A stretch of 55,684 nt of DNA from NCBI GenBank assembly GCA_050486345.1, contig JBJHDC010000002.1, forward strand, positions 889-56,572, written 5' to 3'. Below are positions 17,262-26,500 of the stretch, one piece after another. The position numbers and the translations under genes were made by a program. Under the pieces are notes generated by a model. It was given only the letters and a program-made list of their open reading frames with translations, was not told the DNA's origin and did no database searches. This DNA comes from Dehalococcoidia bacterium (lineage in GTDB: Bacteria; Chloroflexota; Dehalococcoidia; UBA2979). The stretch's first letter is position 1; each line of letters starts with the position of its first letter.

Positions 17262-19484
17262 ATGACGGACGGAGCTACCGCTTCGACCTCCTCCACAGGT
17301 CGCCCGATGCGTCTTGTGGGCGCGTGGTGGGGACCCGCGGTCGGCCTTGCCGGCATCGGCTTCTACGCGAGCGCGACGGTGCCCGGCGAAGACACGCCCG
17401 GCCGCGTCGCGCTCTTCAACGTTGCGCACCCGTGGATCGTCTACGTCTTCCTCTCCGCACTCATCGGTCTGCTCGTCTACGGGCTCGTGCGCCATGCCGG
17501 GCTGTGGATGCTCGGGCGACCCACCGAGGGTGTGTTCCGCGAGATGCCACACCGGCTGCGGAACGCGGTGCGGTTGGGGCTGGCGCAGGACAGGGTTCGC
17601 CGCGACCGCTACGCAGCGATCATGCACTGGTGCATCTTCTCCTCGATAGTGGTGCTCACGCTGGTGACTGCTCAGGTGGGCATCCAGGACGACCTGCGGA
17701 TCAACTTCCTGCACGGCGACTACTACCTCTTCTTCTCCTTCTACGCAGACCTGTTCGGCGTCATCGGCCTGATTGGCGTCGGCATGGCGATGTACCGTCG
17801 CTACTTCTCGGACTTCCATCGCATCCGCTGGGATGAACGGCTGGAGGATCACCTGATCATCCTCGGCCTCGGCGTGGTGCTGCTCACCGGATTCTGGGTG
17901 GAGGCGTTGCGCATCCTCGTGATGGAGCTGGAGACGAACCCGGAGTGGGCGCGCTGGTCGTTCGCGGGCTACCTGATGGCGGAAGGGATCGCCTTCTTCA
18001 ATCTCTCGGAGAGCCAGGCGCTGGCCGCGCACGAGTGGACGTGGCTGCTCCACGTGGTGCTCGCCTTTGGCTGGCTGGGACTGATCGTCTTCACCAAACT
18101 CGACCACATCTTCTTCGCCCCCGTGAATGCCTTCCTCCTGCGCACGGACTCCCCCGGCCGCCTCTCTGCGATTGAGAACATCGAGGAGCAAGAGGTCTTC
18201 GGCGTCGGCCACATCCAGGACTTCACCTGGAAGCAGCTCTTCGAGCTGGACGCCTGCGTGCGGTGCGGACGTTGCACGGAGGTATGCCCCGCCAACCTGG
18301 CCGGCCAACCGCTGTCGCCAATGCACCTGATCCAGGACCTGAAAGCGCACCTCGCCGATGTCGGTCCCGCGATCCAGCGCCACCGCCACGAGACCGGCGA
18401 CGCCGGGCGCGAGGTGTCGACTGTGGCGATGGTCGGGGACGTCATCCACGACGAGACGTTGTGGGCCTGCCGTACCTGTGGCGCATGCGTGCAGGAGTGC
18501 CCGGTGATGATCGAGCACGTGCCCACCATCGTGGACATGCGCCGGTACCTCGTGATGATGGAGGCGAGGCTGCCCGCAACAGCGCAAAGTGCGCTGGAGA
18601 GCCTCGAATCCCGCGGCCACCCGTGGCGCGGCACCGCCCTCGAGCGCACCACCTGGATGGAGGGGCTGGGCGACGTCCCCATCTTCGATGGCTCGCAGGA
18701 GTACCTGTACTGGGTCGGCTGCTCCGGTTCGCTCGTTGAGCGCAACTTGCCGGTGACCACGGCCGTGTTCCGGTTGCTGCGTGAGTCCGGCGCATCGTTC
18801 GGGGTCCTCGGGCAGGAGGAGACCTGCAACGGCGACCCGGCGCGGCGGCTGGGGAACGAGTACCTGTACCAGATCCTCGCGCAGCAGCTTATCGAGACCT
18901 TCAAGGCGAAGGGCGTGCAGAAGGTCATCACCAACTGCCCGCACTGCTTCAACACCCTCAAGAACGAGTACCCGCAGTTCGATGGCCGCTTCGAGGTACT
19001 GCATCACACGGAGTTCCTCAGCGATGCGTTGGAGAGCGGAACGCTGCGTGCGACGCACTCGGTCAACGCGAACGTGACTTACCACGACTCCTGCTACCTC
19101 GGTCGCATGAACAACATCTATGAGCAGCCCCGCCAGATCCTGGAGCTGGTACCGGGCGCGAATCTCACGGAAATGCAGCGGAACCTCAGCAAGGGGCTCT
19201 GCTGCGGCGCTGGTGGCGGCAACATGTGGCAAGAGGAGGTCGGCGAGCGGCGTGTGAACCACGTGCGCTCCGAGGAGGCCGTGGCGACCGGCGCCAGCCA
19301 GGTGATCTCAAACTGCCCGTTCTGCATTCAGATGTTCGAGGACGGCGTGCCGGCCGTGCATCCCGAGGAAGAAGGGCGCATCCGCCCGTTCGATATCGCG
19401 GAGTTGCTGGAGGAATCCGTCTTCGGCTCGCGTGGCGGCGGCGAGGCTGCCGCGGCGGGCGCACCGGAGCGTGCAAGCGACTGA
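17262..19484 (+). CDS. EtfD-type membrane-bound Fe-S oxidoreductase (HdrD/GlpC-like, CCG domains)
   Basis: ATG at 17262 after CAGGAG (the track gives GTG at 17241). N-terminal polytopic membrane domain. Two ferredoxin motifs, CVRCGRCTEVCP and CRTCGACVQECP. Two CCG-type Cys-rich domains (CPHCF..HDSCY, CCGAGGG..CPFC). Lies immediately upstream of etfBA. Confidence 0.8.
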   Translation: MTDGATASTSSTGRPMRLVGAWWGPAVGLAGIGFYASATVPGEDTPGRVALFNVAHPWIVYVFLSALIGLLVYGLVRHAGLWMLGRPTEGVFREMPHRLRNAVRLGLAQDRVRRDRYAAIMHWCIFSSIVVLTLVTAQVGIQDDLRINFLHGDYYLFFSFYADLFGVIGLIGVGMAMYRRYFSDFHRIRWDERLEDHLIILGLGVVLLTGFWVEALRILVMELETNPEWARWSFAGYLMAEGIAFFNLSESQALAAHEWTWLLHVVLAFGWLGLIVFTKLDHIFFAPVNAFLLRTDSPGRLSAIENIEEQEVFGVGHIQDFTWKQLFELDACVRCGRCTEVCPANLAGQPLSPMHLIQDLKAHLADVGPAIQRHRHETGDAGREVSTVAMVGDVIHDETLWACRTCGACVQECPVMIEHVPTIVDMRRYLVMMEARLPATAQSALESLESRGHPWRGTALERTTWMEGLGDVPIFDGSQEYLYWVGCSGSLVERNLPVTTAVFRLLRESGASFGVLGQEETCNGDPARRLGNEYLYQILAQQLIETFKAKGVQKVITNCPHCFNTLKNEYPQFDGRFEVLHHTEFLSDALESGTLRATHSVNANVTYHDSCYLGRMNNIYEQPRQILELVPGANLTEMQRNLSKGLCCGAGGGNMWQEEVGERRVNHVRSEEAVATGASQVISNCPFCIQMFEDGVPAVHPEEEGRIRPFDIAELLEESVFGSRGGGEAAAAGAPERASD

Positions 19485-19660
19485 CCCGGTACGATAGTTG
19501 CTGCCAGCGACCACAGCGGCGCTGAGCACCCGTGACATCGCTCCCGAGCGATGAGTCAGGAAGCACTCACAGGCGAGCCGCCTCGCCTTGCCGAACCGCG
19601 CGGGGTGTCCGCGTTGGTGGAGGAACCCCAGGCGGAGCATCTCAGGCAGAGGAGCACGAC

Positions 19661-20464
19661 ATGCACATTGTTGTCTGCGCCAAGCAGATTCCAGATCCCG
19701 AGACGCCGCCGTCGGCGTTCAAGATCGATGCCGCGACGAACCAGGTGGTGCCTGCGCCGGGCATTGCGCCGGTGCTCTCCCAGTTTGATGGCATCGCTGC
19801 AGAGGCCGCCTTGCGTATCAAGGAGTCCGGTGATGACGTCAAGGTCACCGTGGTCTCCATGGGCCAGGAAAGCGCACAGCAGGCCATCAAGCAGGTGCTG
19901 GCGATGGGCGCCGATGAAGGCGTCCTCCTGAATGATCCGGCCTTCCAGAACGGCGATTCCCACACCACCGCGAAGGTGCTGAGCGCCGCGATCACCCAGC
20001 TGGGTGATGTGGACGCGGTCTTCTGTGGTCGCCAGGCGGCGGACTGGGATATGGGCCAGGTGGGGCTGCTCATCGCGGAGAACCTCGGCTGGCCGTCGGC
20101 GATCATCGCAAAGGACGTGAAGCTGGAGGGCGAAGCCCTGCACGTGCAGCGTGTGCTCGACGATGGTTTCGAGACCGTCGCCGCACCGCTGCCAGCCGTC
20201 GTGACCGTCTCCAACGAATTCGGTGAGCCGCGCTACCCGAAGCTCCCGCAGATCATGGCTGCGGCCAAAAAGACCGTGACTTCCTGGGGCACAGGTGATC
20301 TGGGGCTCGACCCGTCCGAGGTGGGTGAGGCCGGGTCGCGCCTGAAGCTGGAGCGCCTCTTCATTCCGGAGACCGGTGGCCAGGTGGAGTTCATCGAGGG
20401 CGATACGCCCGAGGAGCAGGCGAAGGCGCTCGTCGCGAAGCTGCGCGCCGACAAGATCCTCTAG
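19661..20464 (+). CDS. etfB: electron transfer flavoprotein subunit beta
   Basis: ATG at 19661 after GAGGAG. MHIVVCAKQIPDPE start and typical EtfB layout. The track ORF start at 19532 is rejected. Confidence 0.9.
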   Translation: MHIVVCAKQIPDPETPPSAFKIDAATNQVVPAPGIAPVLSQFDGIAAEAALRIKESGDDVKVTVVSMGQESAQQAIKQVLAMGADEGVLLNDPAFQNGDSHTTAKVLSAAITQLGDVDAVFCGRQAADWDMGQVGLLIAENLGWPSAIIAKDVKLEGEALHVQRVLDDGFETVAAPLPAVVTVSNEFGEPRYPKLPQIMAAAKKTVTSWGTGDLGLDPSEVGEAGSRLKLERLFIPETGGQVEFIEGDTPEEQAKALVAKLRADKIL

Positions 20465-20556
20465 GCCGAACCGACGAATCACTGGCGGCGCGCGGTATGC
20501 GCTCGCCCGGCCGCCCCTCCACGCGCGGCTGAGAGAAGGAAGCGGAGAACAGAGAC

Positions 20557-21513
20557 ATGGCACACAACATTCTCGTCATCGGCCAGATCGTCGAGGGCGC
20601 ACCGTCCCCCACCACGCTGGAGCTGCTGAGCGGGGCAACCCAGCTTGCCGGTGGCGGCGAGGTCGGTGTGGTCCTGCTCGGCACGGGGGCCGGCGCAGCC
20701 GCCGCGCAGGCCATCGGTGCGACAAAGGCGTATGTCGGTGAGAGTGGGGACTTCGACGAGTTCCGCGGCGATCAGTGGCTGGCAGCCGTTGAGGAAGCCC
20801 TCGAACAGGCCGGAAGCGACGTGGTGCTGCTCGCTCAGGACCACATTGGCCGCGAGATCGGCCCGCGTCTCGCGTTCCGGCGCGACACCGCCGTGGCGAT
20901 GGACTGCGTGCGACTGGAGGAGGACGGCGGCGCGATCAAGGCGACCCGTCCTGCCTACGGAGGTAACGCTCACGCGACCTACTCCTTCGCGACCACCCCG
21001 GCGATTGCCACGGTGCGTGCGAAGTCCTTTGACCCCATCGAAGGCGGCTCCGGTGCTGGCGAGACCGTCGCGCTCAGTGCGCCTGGCGACAGCCGCACCT
21101 CGATCGTCGGTCGCGAAGAGGTCGTTGCAGAGGGACTGCAGCTCACGGATGCGCCCATCGTGGTCGCTGGCGGGCGCGGGCTGGGTGCGCCAGAGGCATT
21201 CGAGGCGCTGGAGTCACTCGCAAGCACCATCGGCGCCGACAAGGCAGCTGTGGGTGCCTCGCGGGCCGCGGTGGATCTGGGCTGGTACCCGCCGTCCCAG
21301 CAGGTGGGGCTCACCGGCAAGGTGGTCACACCCGATCTCTACGTCGCCATCGCCATCTCCGGTGCGAGCCAGCACATGGCCGGCTGCTCAGGATCCAAGA
21401 CGATCGTCGCGATCAATCGAGACAAGGATGCGAACATCTTCGGATTCGCGAAGTACGGCATCGTGGGTGACTACAAGCAGGTCATTCCGGCGCTCATTGA
21501 AGCATTGAAGTAA
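20557..21513 (+). CDS. etfA: electron transfer flavoprotein subunit alpha
   Basis: C-terminal FAD-binding region VAGGRG..., PDLYVAIAISGASQHMAG, IVAINRDKDANIF. Confidence 0.9.
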   Translation: MAHNILVIGQIVEGAPSPTTLELLSGATQLAGGGEVGVVLLGTGAGAAAAQAIGATKAYVGESGDFDEFRGDQWLAAVEEALEQAGSDVVLLAQDHIGREIGPRLAFRRDTAVAMDCVRLEEDGGAIKATRPAYGGNAHATYSFATTPAIATVRAKSFDPIEGGSGAGETVALSAPGDSRTSIVGREEVVAEGLQLTDAPIVVAGGRGLGAPEAFEALESLASTIGADKAAVGASRAAVDLGWYPPSQQVGLTGKVVTPDLYVAIAISGASQHMAGCSGSKTIVAINRDKDANIFGFAKYGIVGDYKQVIPALIEALK

Positions 21514-21537
21514 CGATTCGCTCTAAGTCCTCGCTCG

Positions 21538-21553
21538 CCGGGGCAACCCCCGG
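21538..21553 (+). terminator. GC hairpin after etfA
   Basis: CCGGGG-CAAC-CCCCGG, 25 nt after the etfA stop, followed by TGGGTAT. Confidence 0.45.
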
Positions 21554-21685
21554 TGGGTATACATCCGGGTCTCATCGTGACATAATCGAGGGAGGATCAT
21601 GCGATCTTCCCTCGATCTGTATCTCCGCCGATGTGCGGGGACCGGGTTGAAGGGGGCCGTATCCTCACGTATGCGGTAGGGTTTC

Positions 21686-21714
21686 TTGCTTGCATCCGTG
21701 CGCGCAAATACAAT
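21686..21714 (+). promoter_or_regulatory. sigma70-like promoter upstream of coaE
   Basis: TTGCTT-N17-TACAAT. The predicted TSS is about 90 nt upstream of the coaE ATG. The leader contains the CCGGACGCC...GGCGTCCGG stem (21728-21758). Confidence 0.4.
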
Positions 21715-21812
21715 CCGGACACGGGGGCCGGACGCCGGTCTGACACGCGGGCGTCCGGGCGCTGCGCTCTGGGGTGCACATACTCTTCGGGTGCTGGTCA
21801 GTGGGAGAGCGT

Positions 21813-22457
21813 ATGGTCGTCATCGGATTGACAGGCGGCATTGCATCGGGCAAGTCGACCGTGTCCGAAGTCCTGCGCGATCTCGGCGCAGTGGTGATCG
21901 ACGCGGACCGCGTGGGGCATCACTCATACGAACCCGGTACACCTGGCTTTCAGAAGGTCGTGAATGCGTTCGGGCACGACATCGTCGGCTCAGACGGGAC
22001 GATCGACCGGCGTGTGCTCGGAGGCAAAGTGTTTGGCGCCCCCGGCGAGATGGAGCGGTTGAACGCCATCATCTGGCCGGAGATCCGGACCCTCATCCAG
22101 GAGGAAATTGGTCAGATCCAGTCTCGGGATCCAGACGTGGTGATCGTCCTGGAGGCCGCCGTGCTTATCGAGGCCGGCTGGCAGGACCTCTGCGACGAGG
22201 TGTGGGTGGTCAATACGACCATCAAGAACGCTTTGGAGCGCCTCAAGCAGCGCAACGGACTCGGCGAGGATGCAGCCATGGCGCGCATCAACTCACAGAT
22301 GCCTGCGCGAGAGCGTGCTGAGCACGCGGATGTGAAGATCGAGAACACGGGGTCCGAGGAACAGCTGCGGTCGCGTATCGAGCGGGCCTGGAAGCAGCTG
22401 GAGAAGCGGCGGGCAGACGGCCAGCCAACCAGAGCCGCTGCGCGCAACAAGCGTTAG
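21813..22457 (+). CDS. coaE: dephospho-CoA kinase
   Basis: ATG at 21813 after GGGAGAG. VIGLTGGIASGKSTV P-loop, then IDADRVGH. Confidence 0.85.
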   Translation: MVVIGLTGGIASGKSTVSEVLRDLGAVVIDADRVGHHSYEPGTPGFQKVVNAFGHDIVGSDGTIDRRVLGGKVFGAPGEMERLNAIIWPEIRTLIQEEIGQIQSRDPDVVIVLEAAVLIEAGWQDLCDEVWVVNTTIKNALERLKQRNGLGEDAAMARINSQMPARERAEHADVKIENTGSEEQLRSRIERAWKQLEKRRADGQPTRAAARNKR

Positions 22458-22557
22458 ACTGGACACCACGAGATCAACCGGCGTGGCCGGATGATCATCA
22501 TGCGGGAACCCAGAGATACCCACGGAGCTTCGACGGCCCGCCGGGGCGCAGGGCAGG

Positions 22558-23433
22558 ATGATGGCATTGACTGCTACAGAACAGACCGGCTACATGCAGA
22601 TCGCGGTCGAGGACTTCAGGATCACGGAGGAGCCCTTCTACCTCCCGATCAAGGACGAGATCGAACTCTTCGAGACCGCGTACCAGGACAAGGTGCCGGT
22701 GCTCCTGAAGGGCCCAACGGGGGCCGGCAAGACCCGCTTCGTAGAGTACATGTCCTGGCGTCTCCACAACCGCGAGGGGATTGAGCGGGGCGACGGCGTG
22801 CCGCTGATCACGGTCGCCTGTCACGAAGACCTCACCGCCTCCGACCTCGTGGGCCGCTACCTGCTCGAGGGCGATGAGACACGCTGGGTGGACGGTCCGG
22901 TGACGCGTGCGGTGAAGGCCGGCGCAATTTGCTACCTGGATGAGATCGTGGAGGCCCGCAAGGACACCACCGTCCTCATTCACCCGCTGACGGACTACCG
23001 CCGCCTGCTGCCGCTGGAGAAGCGCGGCGAGCTGCTGGAGGCCAGCGATGGGTTCCTCCTCGTCATGTCCTACAACCCCGGCTATCAGTCGGCGCTGAAG
23101 GACCTCAAGCACTCCACTCGGCAGCGCTTCATCGCGATCGAGTTTGACTACCCGACTCGCGAGCAGGAGACGATCATCATCGCGCGCGAATCAGGCGTGG
23201 ATGAGCAGGCAGCGGAGGACCTGGCGAAGCTAGGTGAGAAGGTCCGGAACCTGAAGGAGCACGGCCTGGGTGAGGGCGTCTCCACCCGCTTGCTGATCTA
23301 CGCGGCCAAGCTCATTCGCGGCGGCATTCCGCCTCGCCGGGCTTGCCAGGTGGCTGTGGTCTGGGCGCTCACCGATGACAGCGAGGTGCAGCGCTCAATC
23401 GAAGAGGTTGTGACCTCCATCTTCGACGAGTAG
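22558..23433 (+). CDS. CbbQ/NirQ/NorQ/GpvN-family AAA+ ATPase
   Basis: Walker [12 protein letters not shown], Walker [11 protein letters not shown], about 290 aa, C-terminal helical lid. Typical of the CbbQ/NorQ subgroup of MoxR-type AAA+ proteins. Confidence 0.85.
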   Translation: MMALTATEQTGYMQIAVEDFRITEEPFYLPIKDEIELFETAYQDKVPVLLKGPTGAGKTRFVEYMSWRLHNREGIERGDGVPLITVACHEDLTASDLVGRYLLEGDETRWVDGPVTRAVKAGAICYLDEIVEARKDTTVLIHPLTDYRRLLPLEKRGELLEASDGFLLVMSYNPGYQSALKDLKHSTRQRFIAIEFDYPTREQETIIIARESGVDEQAAEDLAKLGEKVRNLKEHGLGEGVSTRLLIYAAKLIRGGIPPRRACQVAVVWALTDDSEVQRSIEEVVTSIFDE

Positions 23434-23523
23434 CCGGCAACAGGGTGCTGTTGGCGCCTGTGTTGTTGACGCCCGCCTGCATCCCGGTGCGATGCTGACC
23501 GCAAGCGCGCCTGCCGTACGGGA

Positions 23524-26500
23524 GTGGCTATGACCCTGGCCTCTGACATCTACGAGCGCTACGTCGCGGATCTGCGCGGCTTCGGTGCTGCGCTACCGGA
23601 CGAGTTCTCCACAGCCCTTGGCGCTCTGGAATCGCAGCTGGATGCGGAGCAGTTAGACGCGTGGGCGCAGGCCGGGGTGCAGCTCGCGAACCACTCCTTG
23701 CGCTCCTGGGAAGCGTCAGCCGAGTATTTCCGCGCCAGCCCGGAGGCCATCGGACGGATGGGCGCCGAGCACGCTCCGCACTGGGCAGAGGTTGCGCTGC
23801 GGCTATCGGAGCAGTCGTCGCTGATGGCAGCGGCATTCCTCAAGGCCACGCCGGAGGTGCTCCACTACCTGCGCGCGAACGAGCTCGATGCGTGGGCGGC
23901 ACAGGGTGAGCGGCTCTGTCGTGGCAACTGGAAGTCCATCGCCCTGGCGGTGCTGTTCTACCAGGTGAGCCCGTCACTCCTCGGCAGCATGCCGCTGCCT
24001 GCGGTCAGCCGCTTCGTTGATGTCATCGACCAGCTCACGGAGCGCTCCTACGAACTCGCCACTGCCTGCCTCGAGAATGCCGGGCCGGTGTTCGCCGGAC
24101 TCTCCGAGGCCGACCGCGACCCGTTCCTACGCTTTGCGCGTGCAGTCACCGGTGCGTCCTGGGCCGACACACGCCTCTACTTCGAGCGAGGACCGCGACT
24201 CATCGAGCCCATTCACCGCGACCAGCGGGCTCGCTTCCTGGATCTCGCTGCCGGGGTCACCGCCGAGGTGGGCCGCCAGGGTTTCCCCCTCTTCGCGGAC
24301 ACGGCGCAGGCGCTGGCGGAGATGCCAGTCGAGAGCCACGCTGAGCTCATCGGCTTCGCCTCCATGCTTGCCAAGGGCAGCCCGGTGGCAGCGATGGAGT
24401 ACCTGAAGACGGCGCCGTTCGTGGCCAGCCGCCTGACGCCGGAGCAAATGGAGCGCTGGGCGACCATCGGCTCGGAGCTCATGACCATCGAACGCAACCC
24501 GGAGGGTGCCGAGGCGTACTTCCGCCTCGAATCCTCGCGCTCGGAAGAGATGCTGCAGGCGCTCTCGGCGCGCGTGGAACTGGGTGCCATCAACAGCATG
24601 CTGCGCATGTACGCGAAGGCGCTGACCGGCGAGCAGGTCTCGATCCAGTCTGCTGAAGAGCTCGTGGATCGCGGCATCGGCTGGGTCACCGAGTCCACAC
24701 CAACTACGGAAGGTTCCGCGATCTACCTGCCTTCGTTCGTCGATACGTTCGAGGAACAGCACGCCAACTTCCAGGTCTACAAGGTCTACACGACCCACCA
24801 GGCGGGCCGTATCGAGTTCGGCTCGTTCGACTATCAGTGGGGGATCGATGGCGCGCACACACCCTCCACGGTAGAGGACCGCGAGGCGGGAGCGATTGAG
24901 CGCATCCGCGCGCGCGCCGCAGCGAAGGCGGCCGAGGCCGGTGAGGATGAGCGCCCGCGCGTGGAGGCCATTACCGCGGTCCAGCGCTTCTTCAACCTCT
25001 TCGACGATCGGCAGCTCATTGCGGGTGCATTCACCATCGTGGAGGACACGCGCGTGGACGCGTACGTCTCACGCGAGTACGGCGGCATCCGTCGCTGGTT
25101 GCGGCAGCTGCAGGAGTACGAGGGCGACCGCCGTCCGGCGGTGGAAGAGATGCCGCTGCGGCGCGCGTTCGTCGAGAACCTCCTGCGCGCCTCCCTCGGG
25201 CGACCGCAGGCCATCCGCTGGCCACTGGCGTACCGCGACGAGATGGCGCGGGGCCTCGCAGCGCTGCGCGTGGTGGAGCAGCCCGGCGCTACCGTGCAGG
25301 ACTCCGCGGAGGCTGCGGCCGCGATCTACCAGATCGCCGCAGCAATCCCCAACATCAAGGCCACACCCGATGGGAAGCTCGACTTCGAACCGGCCGATGA
25401 CCAGCTCATGAACGTCCAGCCCGGCATGCCGAGCAGCGGCGACGGTGACACGCCCGGCGCAATGCCGAACATGGAAGACATGGAGTTCGAGAACCCGCCC
25501 CAGCCTGACTTCCGCGGGGAATTCAAGCCGGAGCTGGTGCAGTTGCTGGCCAAGCTCAAGAACCAGCAGGAAGGATCTCCGGAAGGCGCGAACGCACCGC
25601 TCACCAAGGAGCAGCTCATGGAGCTGCTGGAGAACTCCGTCGAGATCAGCATCAACGAATGGGCCGAGGGCGACCTGGCCGATAGCCTCGGCATGTTCCT
25701 GGAGAACCTGGAGCAGCAGGCGGGCACACCGTCCGGTGATCCGAACGACGATCAGGACGGCGCCGGCGATCCGGAGAGTGATTCGGGTGGCGGCTCCGGA
25801 GAGGACGACTCGCTCCCGCCGGAGATCCACTACTTCCTCTACGACGAATGGGACTTCCGCGCTGGCGACTATCGCCCTCGCTGGGCGCGTGTTGGCGAGC
25901 GGTTCTCCGAGGAAGCCGATAACGATTTCTACGATGAGACCCTGCGCAAATACCACGGTCTGGTGCTGGAGACCCGGCGCCAGTTCGAACTCATGCGTCC
26001 AGAGTCGTTCCGCAAACTGAAGCGGCTGGAGGATGGCGACGAGCTGGATCTCGATCTCGCGATCGAGTTCTACGTGGACAAGCGCGCCGGGGCAGGCCCG
26101 CAGGCGCGCATCTACAACCGCCGCAACAAGATCGAGCGTGACGTCGCCGTGGCGTTCCTCCTCGACATGTCCGCGTCCACGGACGAAGAGATCGAGAAGC
26201 AGCGCCAGAAGTACGACAGCAACGACGATGACTTTGACGGCGACCCGCGCAAGTACTTCCAGTGGCTCGCCGCGCGGCGAGCAAAGGCGATGATCGAGCC
26301 GCCCAAGCGGATCATTGACCTGGAGAAGGAATCATCGGTCCTGATCGTGGAGGCGCTGGAGGCAATCGGCGACTCCTACGGCATCTTCGGGTTCTCCGGC
26401 TACGGCCGAGAGAACGTGGAATTCCACGTCATCAAGGACCTCGATGAGCCATTCTCCAACAAGGTCCAGCGGCGGATCGGCAAGATCGAGCCGATCCGCT

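Noticed and set aside
17250-19262. A 670-aa minus-strand ORF opposite the EtfD-type gene. Similar ones lie opposite atpA (45887..47521, 544 aa) and atpD (48433..50031, 532 aa).
   Set aside because: These are shadow ORFs antisense to strongly conserved genes. The translations are low-complexity (R/G/H/V/D-rich), with no motifs, no SD and no plausible operon context.
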